Assembly (NCBI RefSeq): GCF_006345805.1
Contig: NW_021832417.1
Coordinates: forward strand, 1 to 64,000
Length of the DNA: 64,000 nucleotides
Origin: Octopus sinensis
Taxonomy: Eukaryota
Direction of reading: 5' to 3'
Shown: positions 1 through 12,879 of the stretch, in pieces
Numbering within the stretch: position 1 is the first letter of the stretch
How the letters are laid out: each line of letters begins with the position of its first letter
Program-made: the position numbers and the translations under genes
Notes under the pieces: generated by a model
The model's input: the letters and a program-made list of their open reading frames with translations, nothing else
Told to the model about the DNA's origin: nothing
Databases searched by the model: none

Positions 1-511
1 AATATCTACATCTCACTTTATATTTGCATCTTATGTACATGTACCATATATTGTAATATATACATGTGTACATACACACCATCATGCACACAAACTTTAC
101 AGGTATACATACACAACACACACATCAAATCATACTTATATGAAAGAGAGTGAAAAGAGGGAGTAGGGGAGAAAGTTTATCTCCATGTATGTATTTTGTG
201 TTACTTTTAATAGCTATACTCAGCTTCAATTTACACAGTATAATTTAAACATTATCATACCCAGTGCCTCACCACATAGCCCCTGTCAAATATATTAAAT
301 ACATAGATCAAGAATATAGACACATGAAAGTTATTTAACATATATTGTAAATCACCTGCCATGATTTCTAAATTGAAGTCAATATATAGCTTCCTATTGT
401 GTTGATTAGTCTGATGAATATTTATGTATTTACTTAGATACAGTACCCCACTACATTTAATCACAGTCACTGAAGTTTCATCATACAAGAAAGGCAATAT
501 ACATTTGTTTA

Positions 512-570
<59 letters not shown>

Positions 571-2145
571 AATCTATATGTATGTATTTATAAATATATA
601 TTACATAACACATACACACACACATATATATAGGCTTACATTCGCACATAGATACAGGCATATATAAAGATAGACAGACATGCAGACATTCATATATATA
701 TATGTACATTCATTCATACATACAAATATACAGACATACATGCATACATACATTCAGTCTTAATAGTTAATTGGGCTGATATTGACTTATGAGCCATTGA
801 TTTTTTGGCAAAATATTTAACAATCATTTCTCTACACTTGTATTGTTAAATGATCTATTACTTTTCAAACATTGCTTATTTTTAACAAGGCTGAAATGAT
901 TTATATTTTACATTTAAAAGTGTTGGGAGGGAAAATGTGAAGTATGATGTTCATGCCTTTCCCCTGTGAATTTGTTGTATAAAGGAAATATCATTTTATC
1001 TGAAGGATGAGCTGTGTCACGCTAATGGCTTCTTACAATTATAATCTTTTGTCTGTGACACTTATCATTATTAGTCTTTAAATTAATGGTTCAGTTCTCG
1101 ACCTTTTATAGCTTAGAACCCCTTTCATGAAATGATGCTTTACTAATGCTCCCTTTGCACGTATTGCAATACATAAATAAATAATGAAATAAATAGATAA
1201 AAAAAAATAAACAAAATTAAAAAATCAAACAGAAACAAATTTTGTATAGTGGATTTTTAATCATATTTTCTTATACTTTCCATCCAGCACCAACTACTTT
1301 TTTGAGATTTCAGTGGATAAGCTTTATGTTATATTTTTATGGAAATTACTAGAGGAGCCAGTGATTTATACAATGAAATTATATTAGGTCTTAAGACATC
1401 AGTTATATTTCTGTTCGTTGATTACACAATGTCAAACTCATATTTTTATCCTGATAAAGATTTTACTTGAAAATGTATTTTTAAGACATAAGCATTGTAC
1501 TTTGTTTAAATATTTTATTACTAAAAACAAATGACCTCTCAAAACACCCAAGTGCTTCCATAATACTCTCTTGACATTTACTGTCTTCTTGTGAGCTTAC
1601 AATGTCTTCAAGGAAGCACTACTGCCTAGGTTAAGAATCACTGCTTTAAATACCCTTTTGGATAAGATGTTAGACACCTGTCACTTGCAATACCTTCTTG
1701 CTCTATGAAGTACAACTACAATTTAAGGAAGGCTTTGAGAAAACCAACACAACTTATTTGATGTTTCAAAGATGTGCTTCAAAAGAATTTGAAGATGATG
1801 TTTTCAAGGATGCAGTGGTACCAATATTCGTAGTGTTAGTGCCAAACCAATTTTATATTATAAAGTAGCCTGTAATATTCTATCTAAAAGTTTTATCTCA
1901 TATTCATGCATTGTAGCACTGACTTTAGATGGTTGAGACATGTTAAATGGATGTCCCATCACAATATATAGAATAATATAGCACAAGACATAAGATGTCG
2001 AGGAAGAAGTAATATTGTCAGCAATCATGGAAGTCTTTGTGATTACTAGTAAGATAACTTAGTGTTTCAGAGACTTGGTGATATTTGTTGCCTATCCTTC
2101 AAATATATACCAACCAGCCGGTAAAAACCAGCATTAAAAGGGTGA

Positions 2146-2530
2146 GTGGTGAGCCAGAAGAATTGTTAGAGTAAAAGAAAACATTCCTTGTGGTATTTTT
2201 TTTTAGTTGTTAACATTCTGAGTTCAAATTCAACTAAAGGTATTTTTACCCTTCATCCCTTCGGGTTGATAAAATAAAGTGCCAATAAAAAACTGGGCTT
2301 GATTATAATGACTAACTATCTGTAAATTTTCTGGTCTTGTTCCTAAATAAGAAACACTTTGGTTGACTTTGCCTTTCATGCTTTTGGGGTCAATAAAATA
2401 AGTGCCAGTTGAGCACTGGGGTCGGTGTAATCAACTAGCCCTTATCCCCACAAATTCAGACCTTGTGCAAGCACTTGTGGCAATATAATTGACTATTGTC
2501 CCACTCCCCACCAAATCTCAGGCCTTATTA
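2146..2530 (+). mobile_element. Two tandem decayed copies of an Octopus-type tRNA-derived SINE
   Basis: Both copies carry the motif (g)actttgcctttcat(c/g)cttt(c/t)ggggt(c/t)(g/a)ataaaataagt(g/a)ccag...actgggg; the first also has a B-box-like ttctgagttcaaatt. The same motif recurs on the minus strand at 14.9, 15.7, 49.3 and 49.5 kb. Confidence 0.75.
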
Positions 2531-4830
2531 TTGCTGTTATTGTTATCATTGTAGTCATCATCATCATTATATTTAATTGAATATTGGGATATAAACATTG
2601 GATTTTATGGTTTTCCTCTCTTTCTTGTTGATTGTAAATCATAATAAAAGAAAGGAATATTTTTGGAGCTTACACATATCTAACACAATGTTCAACCATC
2701 CCAAGTGGTATGATCTTTTTTTTTTTTTTGGAGACTAAAACTTAATGCTTTGATAATAACTGGTACTACTTTAATTTTTGTAGTTGGACATTCTCACAAT
2801 TTTCTGTTTTTAAATCAACATATTTTGAGACGTTTTCTTCTTCCTTGTCTGGAATGTCTTTGTCTGAAGAAGATGCAAAGTCTATTAAGAGATATTCTCT
2901 TTTTATTTGCGTAATGTATAATGTTTCTTCCTCTATGATGCAGTGCTGTCATAAGGTATAAGCACACTGGGCCTATATCTTAAGATGGGGCCACACAAGT
3001 GTTGGGACCCAATTCTAACATATGTATTCTGTGGTTTGCTGTCAATAAATAAACACTATAGGACTCAGTGCATTGATATGCCCCAGGGCTCTGTATAGAT
3101 GCTAAGACATCCCTGCTATGGTGTTCAACTTATCTATCAACCAGGATATCAAAATCTCATAGAATTTTTGGTTTATCACATTCATTTAGAAGCTTTTCTG
3201 ATACATGACTGTACCACTTATTTGATATATCCATACTTTTTGCAGTGATCAGTGTAAATTGAGACAAACACTATCATTTGTTTCCCAGCTCATCACGCTA
3301 TCACTGAAGATGTTGATGAAGTTTCCAGCTATACTAAACATATTAAATGACTCCAAAACCCCAAGAATATGACTCCATCTTTAAACTTCCTTGAATTTGA
3401 CCCATGTCATGCACAAATTAATCTGTTGTCACTTGCAAGCTTTCATTACCATTTTGTCAATCATTAGATGGTCTTTAACACGTCTGAAATATTTTCTGCC
3501 TTCCTGTTTAATAGGTAGAATTTGTTCTGCATCATTTGATCATGTTTTCTCAGAGAAAAAATGTGTGTTTGGTTGATACTTTTTTATAGCTTATTCTTTT
3601 GTGGATCTTTCATTATTAAAGTTGTTCTCTCAACCATCCTCTCTGTTACAGTTTGTTAGTTTACACATTTATCCAAAGGATTCTTGATTTGACTGTGTAA
3701 GGGTTTTCAGATGTTTTATTCAGGAACCTCGGAGCTCACCTGGTTCTGGGACTTTCTAATTTTACAATATTTTTGCCTGCTGCTGGATGTCATCCTTGTT
3801 ATAGAAATTAGTTCTGGTTTCTCTACTGCTTAGTTCCATTTCAGCTGTTTTGATCCATCTGCATTTCCATCATATTTAATTGGACAAACTGGAATTCTTA
3901 GCCAAAATTCTATTGCTTTCACAGCATTTGATATTGATGTTTCAATTATATCTCTATGAATGATATTGAAATCTGTGTTCTATGATTGAAAAATGTCTGT
4001 TATGCTCAATATGAGTAGCTCTCTGCTCTGTGTGTAATTCTTTATTTCATTTGATTTTGTACTTAAATTCCTTCTCATGCAAGGGATACTTCTGTTTAAG
4101 GTAAGATTGGTTGTGTTCTTTTCATAAGTACCCCTGTTCTAGCTTTCAATGTTGCTGAGGTCTTTTCCAAGTATCTTTATATCTCTTTCCATCTGTCTTT
4201 TCCAAGTATCTTTATATCTCTTTCCATCTGTCTTTTCCACCAAGGATCTTTTTTTACTTTCTCTCTGCAAAGCTGCACAAATTGAATTATTATGTCAATA
4301 ATGCTTGTAACTGTAACATGGTCTAGTGTCACATCAATTTTTTGTATTTTAATTGGTAGTTTTCTTCTGTTAATACTTTTAATAGCTTTATGCTTTCTGA
4401 ATTATTTCACTTCCCATTTCCTAATTTTCAGATTTTACAAATGTTTTCATGACTTTGTTTGCATGTGTTCCCTTCAAATGCATTGTATATTGTCAATCCC
4501 TTATCCTTGTTTATATTGTTCCTGTTTTCTACTTCCATGTCAATTTCATTTCTTTCCATTGAGAGTTCATGCTGTTTTCATTTAACATTTCAACTTGAAG
4601 ATGTCTACATTCACTCTTTCTTTGGTACCTCTCATCTCTCCATTGATTCTTTTCCGTATGCTATCAATTTCAAATGAACTAAGCAGACATGATCCAAAGA
4701 AAAAAGTGTCATTAGCCAACCTTTTCTGTGGATCATGTGTACTTGGTTCATTTACTTATTTTCTGTCAATTCAAACATATCTTTATTTTTACCAGTTTGT
4801 GACCATTCTAGGACCAACAACTAGGACCAA
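2530..4830 (-). mobile_element. Decayed R4/Dong-clade non-LTR retrotransposon (RT region plus C-terminal restriction-like endonuclease)
   Basis: Manual minus-strand translation gives KDHLMIDKMVMKAC..NLCMTWVKF (RT domains 2-3 of R4/Dong) at ~3.3-3.5 kb and LLIDFASSSDKDIPDKEEENVSKYVDLKTE..KIKVVPVII (REL end) at ~2.75-2.92 kb. Many stops and frameshifts. Confidence 0.7.
4160..4238. repeat. 35-bp tandem duplication (2.2 copies)
   Basis: gtcttttccaagtatctttatatctctttccatct occurs at 4160 and 4195, with a partial third copy at 4230. Confidence 0.9.
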
Positions 4831-4929
4831 ATCTTCACTGCTGCTGCTGCTGCTTATACTACTTCTACTACTACTACTACTACTACTACTACCATCACCA
4901 CCACTACCACCACTTTTACCATGGTAGAG

Positions 4930-5150
4930 TAGGTGTGTTCCTCTAGTGGATAGGGCTGAAGAGGTTGTGTGGTGGACAAGGTTGAAAGTATTGAAGAAAG
5001 ATACCTTCCTCTTTGGTGAAGCCCTCATTGACTTTTTAAGTTTCACTTGGAAAGGTAAGTGAGGGTGGAGAGGGAAGTGCTACCTCCCAGTGAATTTGAG
5101 AAAAGATGGGTGAGTAGGAAAAGTTGTTAGAGTGAATAGCCCTACTCTAA
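4930..5150 (+). mobile_element. Probable L1/Tx1-like LINE ORF2 C-terminal fragment
   Basis: Translates across a frameshift as VVWWTRLKVLKKDTFLFGEALIDF / FKFHLER*VRVEREVLPPSEFEKRWV, resembling Tx1-type ORF2 ends. Similarity judged from memory. Confidence 0.4.
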
Positions 5151-5174
5151 GTAATGCAATTGTTTTGATCATAC

Positions 5175-5480
5175 AAGTACAGTAGTATCTCTTGTGTACT
5201 GCATCTGATGCTTCTAATGCCCAACTTTTCTCTCAAGACGTTTAGACTCCATTGGGCATGCACAGACATTACACATCCAGCAAAGTATACTAGCTTCATT
5301 TCTTTCAAGCCTATGCATGTTTTCGGTGGTCACAGCCCATGTTTCACTGCCATGTAACATGGCTATTTGCACACAGGCATCATACAATCTGTATTTCACT
5401 CTAAGATATAAGCCCTTTGTTACCTACAGATGTAGGAGCTCTCTCTGAACTTTGTCCACCCTATTCATATTGTAGCAGCT
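5175..5480 (-). mobile_element. RTE-clade LINE RT C-terminal fragment
   Basis: ORF 5214..5399 RLYDACVQIAMLHGSETWAV..RLERNEASILCWMCNV is homologous to 35.7-35.9 kb in this window. Confidence 0.85.
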
Positions 5481-8400
5481 ATATTCTCATCTCTACCCAA
5501 TCCCATCATACTTTAACTTCTTTCAATACCTAGCTTAAAGTCATCTCCCCCCCCTCCTCTACTATCTTTCTCTCTTTCAGTAGTGGCGGGGTGGGGCTCT
5601 TTATTCATGTGAGTTGTTAGGTGACCTCTATAGTGGTGGTGTCATGAAAAGAACACTCTGCAATGCACTCAGTAATGCTACCACTTGATGTTAGGAAGGG
5701 AATCCAGTAATAGAAATTACGCCAAAACTGATCCTTTCCAGTATGGAAAGTAGAAGTAAAATGATAATGATGATATATTTAATCCATGAAGCCACATCTA
5801 TTTATATACATACATTATGTACATATATACCAACATATCAGTCTACCTTCTTCACTCTCTCTCTCTATTTCCTTCACTTCCTCCCAACCTACCTAACTAC
5901 CTACATACCCATATATTTACATACATACATACATACAAACATACATACATGCTCACACACACACACATAATTTTCACATTGCTTTAGGGAGTCATTTGAT
6001 AGCAATGAAATCCCAGACTCACAAAAATGCAACTGTGCAATATCACTTTTCCCTTCTGGCCTCACTTGATCTAGTTCTATTTCATGTCAAGCTTTTGGAT
6101 ATGTTTACTCAATGTGTCTCATTCACTTAAAGCCAAGACCATATATGTTGGGAGATCAGATAAAACTTTTAGATGGAATATTATGTACCAATTGGTAATT
6201 TAGAATTGAGTTAGAACTATTATGAACAATTTGAATATCTTTGCAGCTTCGTGTTTGTTTGAAACTCATTTCCAGTAAATAAACTATGTTGGTTCTGTTC
6301 AAGCCTTCTCTAATTGTAGTTGTTTAATATTTGATTTGGTAATTGGCCTGCATGAAATTCCAAGAGCTCCCTAAGTCATTGTGAGGTTTTTATTTTATTA
6401 ATATTTGAGATAGATCAGTTCCCAATGGTGACTGAATCAATACAAATCAATTAAATAGCCTTGTTTTATATGCAATTCAGAATGTTAGTGTGTGTTACAT
6501 CAGCATTACCTTATTGATATAAACAGTATTCCAGTATTGGCCCTACTTCAACTTCATTATTCTAATATAATTCCACTTACATTTTTACATCTAGGATGAA
6601 TATAATTCAATCTCAGAACATGACTGGGATTTTATTTTATCAATCCTGGAAAGAAGAACAGTGATTGACCTTGGCAAAATTTAAACTTAATAATAAAATA
6701 TTGTGACTAAATACCACTAGGAATTTAATCATATACGTTAATAATTTCATTAATTCTGGTAGATGGATAACAAGTCATCAGAGCTGAAATTTTTACTAAC
6801 TTCCATAGAGGAACTTAGCTTTCATAAAGCAGTTTTTACAATCTTATATGATACAATAACTGAGATTACGATGTCTGACATTTGTTTTGTAGTTACTGAA
6901 AAGATTTTGATATTTTTTTATCTCCGTGTCAGGACAATTTTGAAATCCTTTGTCATCTGGAGCTGAGCTAAGATTTATTGTACCCCTGTCACATTATCCA
7001 ATCAGACCATATTAAAGACCAGAGGATAATTTGGCTGCTATTTGTAGAAGAACAGCTGCATACAGTAGTTGGAAATACAGAATTACATTGGGTAGTTCTA
7101 GCTAATACTATGGATAAGGGGGAAAATACCTTTGGCAAGCATTCTGCATACTAAATGCAAATATGATAGAGTCTTGAAAATGACAATTAACTGATATTAT
7201 TCAAGGTAACTCTTCTCTTATTAATTACCTGAATATACTTCGCTGATCAAAGATTTTCTATACTCTATGTTGCATACACTATATCATACATATTAGTTCA
7301 AGCCAAATTATCTGAATGTGCTACAACAGTCTCTATATTCTTGGATAAGATATTCTGTCATGATATATGCCCCAATCCCCCCACCGACTTTTCAGTTCTA
7401 GAATCATCTTATTGATCATCTGAAACTCATTTCTTAATACACTTCCAAGAACTCATTAGGACCCAAATGTGTTGTTCCTCCTCTTTGCTTTTTCTAACAT
7501 TACTACAATGGTAATCATGCCTCTGAATGAGCAGCCTCAATAAACTACATCTCATGTCTATCTGACGAACCTGCCTCTCAGCCACTCTATCATCTTTAAT
7601 TTTTTTTTTTTTTTTGACCAGATTATGCAGTAAGCAAATCACCTAGTTATTCTCCCAGAAATGTTGCTCTCTGGAATCTTCATCTAACCTACAACTTTCC
7701 AACTGACATCAAGTGAATTAAGAGCATCAACCATGTCAATCTTACCTGCCTGAGAGGGTTTACAAAGATTATAGGAAATGACCTTACTCTTTTGACCAAA
7801 TACACACTCATATACCATAACACACACATGTACACATACACAAGCAAGTGTACACATACACACTGACTTTATTAGTTGAGACTACTACAAGGGTGACTCA
7901 AAGGCTTTGAATTTCATGTGAAACACTTATCTCACTAAAAATTACATAAACTCTGTGGATGTATTGAGTTCTCTTACTCCCATTTGTAAAACGAAATATA
8001 GCTCTCTTTCACCCTCTCTGTCTGTTTGCCTGTGTCTCTGTATATACCTCCCCAGGGTCACACACACATACGCATACACACACATGCATACACATACAGG
8101 CTAAAAGATGAAAAGGAGAAAGACAGCAAAGGTTTGAGAGAAAAAGAGAGAAAGAGAGAAAGAGAGAGAGAGAGAGAGAAAGAAAGAAAGAAAGAAAGAA
8201 AGGAAGAAAGAAAGAAAGGAAGAAAGAAAGAGAAAATATGTATGTGTGTGTGTGTGTGTTTACTTGTGTGTATAAGAGTGTTAGCTGTGGAGAGTGGGAT
8301 GTAGTTTAAGTGCCGAAAGTAATTTAGTGCTAAATACAGTGGAAAGATAATGTTTGGCAGAGAATACAGAGGTGGTGGCGAAAGCAGACAGAGTAGCAAT

Positions 8401-8899
8401 GAAAGAGTAATGCAAAAGTGGAAAGAATAGTGTTGTGTGGTTGGTAGTAGAAGGGGTAAAAACTGAAAGTTTGTTTGGCATATAGGTGGATAAGGTCTGT
8501 GTAGTTTGGCAAGACTAAACATCTATACACACACACGCACATACACACACACATACACACATGCATATGTAATATTAAATGTGTGTGTATATATACATAT
8601 ATATATATATATATACTTACATACATATGTATCTCTCTCTCTCTCTCTCTTTATTTATATATACATACATACACATGCATAATTATATGATATATATGCA
8701 GTAATGCAGTGTCAAGTGCTAAAAAGAGAAGTGAGAGAACACTGTTTGAGTCAAATGCAAACACCACCTTGGTGCCTTGCATGAATGAGACCACCAAAAA
8801 CTTCAATGTGAAGGGGATTTAAAAGAACAACCATACCACATCAATCATTGTGTGAGTTTACAAGGAATGCATTTAGATCTCAGGTAGAGGAGTCATAGT

Positions 8900-9720
8900 A
8901 AGACTTTGAGTTAAGCTGGACTTGGACTTTAGATTGGCTAATAAAGTATTCCAACAGACTATCAACTGATTTTGTAGCAAGAAACCCTCTTCCACATCTA
9001 CCATTATGAACTCAGCTAGGGTTCTTCTCTCTGTAGAGAAGAGCATTCTAGGGAGGTGAAGAGGATATTTTGCTGATCTCCTAAATCTGTCATGATAAAA
9101 TCTTTCTGGTGGACACAGAGTGCATCCAGGGTTGAAGACAAACCTTGCAGAGGCTGATGTCGCAGAATCACTTAAAGTGCTCAAATGTGGAAAGGCTGCT
9201 GGGCAGGATGAAATTCAGCCTGAGATGTTAAAAACCTTATGCATAGAAGGTATTCTCTAGTTGACTCATGTATGCTGGGTGACTTGGACATCTAGAAAGA
9301 CACCAAAGCAATGGCGATTAGGGATAATAATCCGTATTGTTTAAAAAAGAGAGAGAAGAGAGAGTTCTCTATTTATAGAAGAATCTTCTTGTTGAGCCTC
9401 TCCAGCAAAGTCTATGTTAGCTGTCTGGAAAAGAAATGTAGAAAAATTGTTGAGTCCAACCTAGCTCAAGAACTGTGAGACTTTTGTGTTGGATGCAGCA
9501 CAACCAGTCAGATATTCACTTCAGGACTTCAACAAATTGTGGGAATGTTACCAAGAGGCATATGCTTACTTTGTAGGCCTTGAAAAGGCATAAAACTGCA
9601 TGACACTGGACATGCTGTGGAGGCTTTTGCAGGTGTTTGGAACTAGCAGGCAACTTCTGGTTGCCATGAAGTCTCTATAGGCTTCTGCGCATGTGTCGTT
9701 GTCAGTGTTTTCTTTGCACT
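8900..9720 (+). mobile_element. RTE-like LINE reverse transcriptase fragment (pseudogenised)
   Basis: Manual translation gives AESLKVLKCGKAAGQDEIQPEMLKTL..TPKQWRLGIIIRI..YRRIFLLSLSSKVYVSCLEKKCRKIVE..CSTTSQIFT..FVGLEKA, matching RT domains 0-3 of APE-type LINEs. Confidence 0.8.
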
Positions 9721-9744
9721 GTCTACCAACGTCGTGAATTATTG

Positions 9745-10345
9745 AACAAGTGAAACACAACTACCAGGTAAGACATTTGGGGGGAGGGGATTCAGTAGGG
9801 GTTTGTTACTTGTGTTTAATTATTTTGTCGAACAAGACACCTCCACTGGGTTCTGTGCATTTGTCTGCCTGTAGTTGTGTTTAGAAGTCTCACTTAGTGG
9901 TGAGAAGTGTGTTTTGGGGGAATATCTTTCCTCCTATAATTGTGCTTATTTTTTACCATTTTTGTGTGACTGTTTTGTGCCCTTACCAAGAAGATTAGTG
10001 GGAGATTGTCCTATCCAAACAGTGGATGAAGAGACGGTGGTGGTGTTGAGGACTTACTCAAAGTTGCTTGACACCATCGTGCTCTTTCAAAAGACTCAAA
10101 TTGAGAAAGAGTTGGCAGAGTATTTGCCAACTATTAAATTCATTTCCAAGGGGATCAAATATGTAATGGTTTAGTTGCTATTTGACACCCCTGAAGAGAC
10201 TTGCAAATTTGCAAGCCAGCCCTTAGAGGGCAAAGAGATTTTGTTTCTTTTGGCGTATTGTAGGAAGTTGACAAGAGATTGGGTCTGTGGGTTGTCACAT
10301 GGGATAGAACTCGAGTGGATAGAGGACACTATCCACCAGTAGCCT
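9745..10345 (+). mobile_element. Probable 5' UTR and ORF1 start of an L1/Tx1-like LINE
   Basis: The end of ORF 9875..10174 and its continuation past the stop (ETVVVLRTYSKL..FISKGIKYVMV*LLFDTPEETCKFASQPL..) resembles gag-like ORF1 N-termini. Judged from memory. Confidence 0.35.
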
Positions 10346-10567
10346 TTTTAAAACTATTGAAAAGTTTGCAAGACGCAATGAAAATTTTAGAAAAATAAAA
10401 AAAAAATAAATGGAAATTTTACCCCTGAGTGTGCTAAATTATAAGGCACCAAAAGAGAATGACTCTCCCCAGACACAACAGAATATGCTTCAACACACGA
10501 ACTCACATAAAGAATCTTGCAAGCCAAATCCAAAAACGAAATATATATATATATACACACACACAAA

Positions 10568-11452
10568 GTCTGATCAATAAGTATCCGGACAGTTGCCATA
10601 GTAACAAAGCTAAAGCATGTAGAGTGAACCTGTTTGGCAAAAATTTTCATTGAACTCTGCTGTGCATACACACTAAGTTTTAACATTCTATCTCACCTCT
10701 ACTGTTTACAACAGTGCTTGGTAGAAAGGTGTGTAGTGTGTGATCATCGCATTGACCATGACAGAGAAAGTTGTTACGGCGATACCTGCTCAGAGGCCTA
10801 CGCAAAGTAACAGAAAGTGTATGGAGTTGAGTGTATGAGCTACACACAAATGAACAACTGGTTCAAACGTTTCCAAGTTGGCTGAAAAATACTGACAAAA
10901 GTTCTGAGAGACCTGCAACAGGCAGAACTCAGTAAAACATCATAGATGTCGGTGCAGCTGTGAAGGGAAATCTTTGAATAATCATTTGTGAGTTATCAGA
11001 GGATGGATGTGGAAATTAGTTACGGTTCAGTTCAGACCATTATCACTGAAGATTTGGGTATGAGACACGTGTCTGCAAAGTTTGTGCCAGAACTGCTTTC
11101 AGTTGACAAAGAAGACACTCAGTTTTCAGTTGCACAAGATCTCCTTCATTGTGTTGAGAATGATGAAAAAACTTTTGAAAACTTTGTGTAGGCCTCTGAG
11201 CAGGTATTGCCAAGCTTTTGACAAAATTTGATGGAGACTCTCTGCTCAACTTTCTCTGTCATGGTGAATGCAACAATCACATGCTATATGCCTTCCTTCC
11301 AAGCACTGCTGTAAATAGTGGAAGTGAGCTAGAATGTTAAAACTTAGTGTGTATGCACAGACAAGTTTAATGTAAATCTGTGCCTAACAGCTTCACTCTG
11401 CATGCTTTAGTTTCATTAATATGGCAACAATCAGGATACTTATTGATCAGAC
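10568..11452 (+). mobile_element. Non-autonomous mariner derivative with long inverted arms (10568-10807 / 11182-11452)
   Basis: Ends gtctgatcaataagtatccggacagttgccat and atggcaacaatcaggatacttattgatcagac are reverse complements. The interior encodes ISYGSVQTIITEDLGMRHVSAKFVPELL (mariner linker, WVP-type motif). No catalytic domain. Confidence 0.9.
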
Positions 11453-12337
11453 GACATACACACACACACACATATATATATAGAGAGAGATATTGGTAAT
11501 CAACTAGATTTCAATTATGACCACGTTTTTATTGCAGTCCTATGACTGTAACATTGTCTGACAGTATTTCTGCTATAGGTCCTCAGGTGATTATCTAACG
11601 GTGATTTTGTTTAGAATTTTGGGGACAAATGTAGCTACGTATTTTGTTAATAATCACATCAACTGCAGCTCTGTTCTTGTGCATTCATCCCAAAATAGAT
11701 GCTCAACCTAGCAGTAGATGTGCAAACTTTGCCCATAAATAGAGTAGTATTTAACTGAGGCTATCAGAACAGCATGGATGTAAGCATCATATGTTGGCCT
11801 CCCAATATGTGACCTAACATGGATGACAAATCCAGCTTTTGAAAATGTAATGCAATTATAGATTATACCAGCAAGCTCATCATCATCACCACCATTGCTG
11901 TTGTCACTGGTATTGTCACCACACCATCATCATCAGAAGGTTCCATAAAAAGATAATATCCTAATGTTCTGATTAATATGTTTAGCAGGGATACCTAATG
12001 CAAGAATATGTTTAATAGGATTATTCCAAATGTGCTTGATGCAATATCTGACCAATTCACTGGGAGGAAAAAATACATCTTATTCCCCAAGGCTAAAGAA
12101 GCAGCTCACTCTAAATGCTATACATTTATAACCTGCTTCTCTGCAGTTTATGAAACAGCAATGGCAATAATATAACAGAGTATAACCATATGGAAAAAAA
12201 AACTTGTTTGCAAAGAAGTAGAAGGGATGTTGCAAAAGCCTCTTATGAATGTAAAGATCAACAATTTAACAAAAAAGCCATGACCAAAAAAGACAGTGAA
12301 ACAAGCAAGATAGGTCTGAGTATGGAATGGATTTACT

Positions 12338-12718
12338 TTTATTCATTTACTTGTTTCAGCCATTTGACTGCAGCCATGCTGGAGCACTGTCTCGAAGGGT
12401 TTTAGTCGAAGAAATTGACTCCAGGATTTATCCTATTGGGTTCTTTTGCCAATCGACTAAGTTACAGGGATGTCAACACACCAACACCAGTTTTCAAGCG
12501 ATGGTAAAGGAACAAACACTGACACAAAGATACACACACATAAATACATACATATATGACAGGCTTCTTTCGGTTTCCACTTTTCAAATCCACTTACAAT
12601 GCTCTGGCTGGCCTGAGGCTATAGTAGAAGATACTTGACCAAGGTGCCACACAGTGGGACTGAACCTGGACCATGTAGTTGAGAAGCAAGCATCTTGCCA
12701 CATAGCTATGCCTGCACC
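12338..12718 (-). mobile_element. Near full-length OK-type tRNA-derived SINE
   Basis: Minus strand begins gcaggcatagctatgtggcaagatgcttgcttctcaactacatggtccaggttcagtcccactgtgtggcacc (A/B-box head), has an internal TA/CA tract and ends ccagcatggctgcagtcaaatggctgaaacaagtaaa. Homologous to 36815-37232 and 60262-60655. Confidence 0.9.
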
Positions 12719-12879
12719 TGAGTATGGAATGGATTTACTGTCTAAAGGTTTCTGAAAATGTCCCCCAGACATGAATTCTGGAAGCATCAGCTGTGAGTAA
12801 GGTAGCAGCTATAATAAGCTGATACATTTAATAGGTCACGAGTAAAGGATGAACAATTTTGAAGGTACAAAATAAGGGA

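Noticed and set aside
4595-5070. Leu/Pro-rich ORF and a strong splice-donor-like aag|gtaagt at ~5063
   Set aside because: The ORF derives from (CTA/CTG)n; the donor-like site lies within a probable Tx1-like LINE fragment whose frame continues past it.
6763-6966. 67-aa ATG-initiated ORF
   Set aside because: Short, AT-rich and without a recognisable motif; the size is expected by chance.
7200-7700. Possible RTE endonuclease relic on the minus strand (ORF 7427..7642)
   Set aside because: Similarity is too faint to support as a feature.
10192-10222. CUGAAGA followed by the 16-bp palindrome cttgcaaatttgcaag
   Set aside because: No GAAA after the hairpin, and it lies in a probable LINE ORF1.
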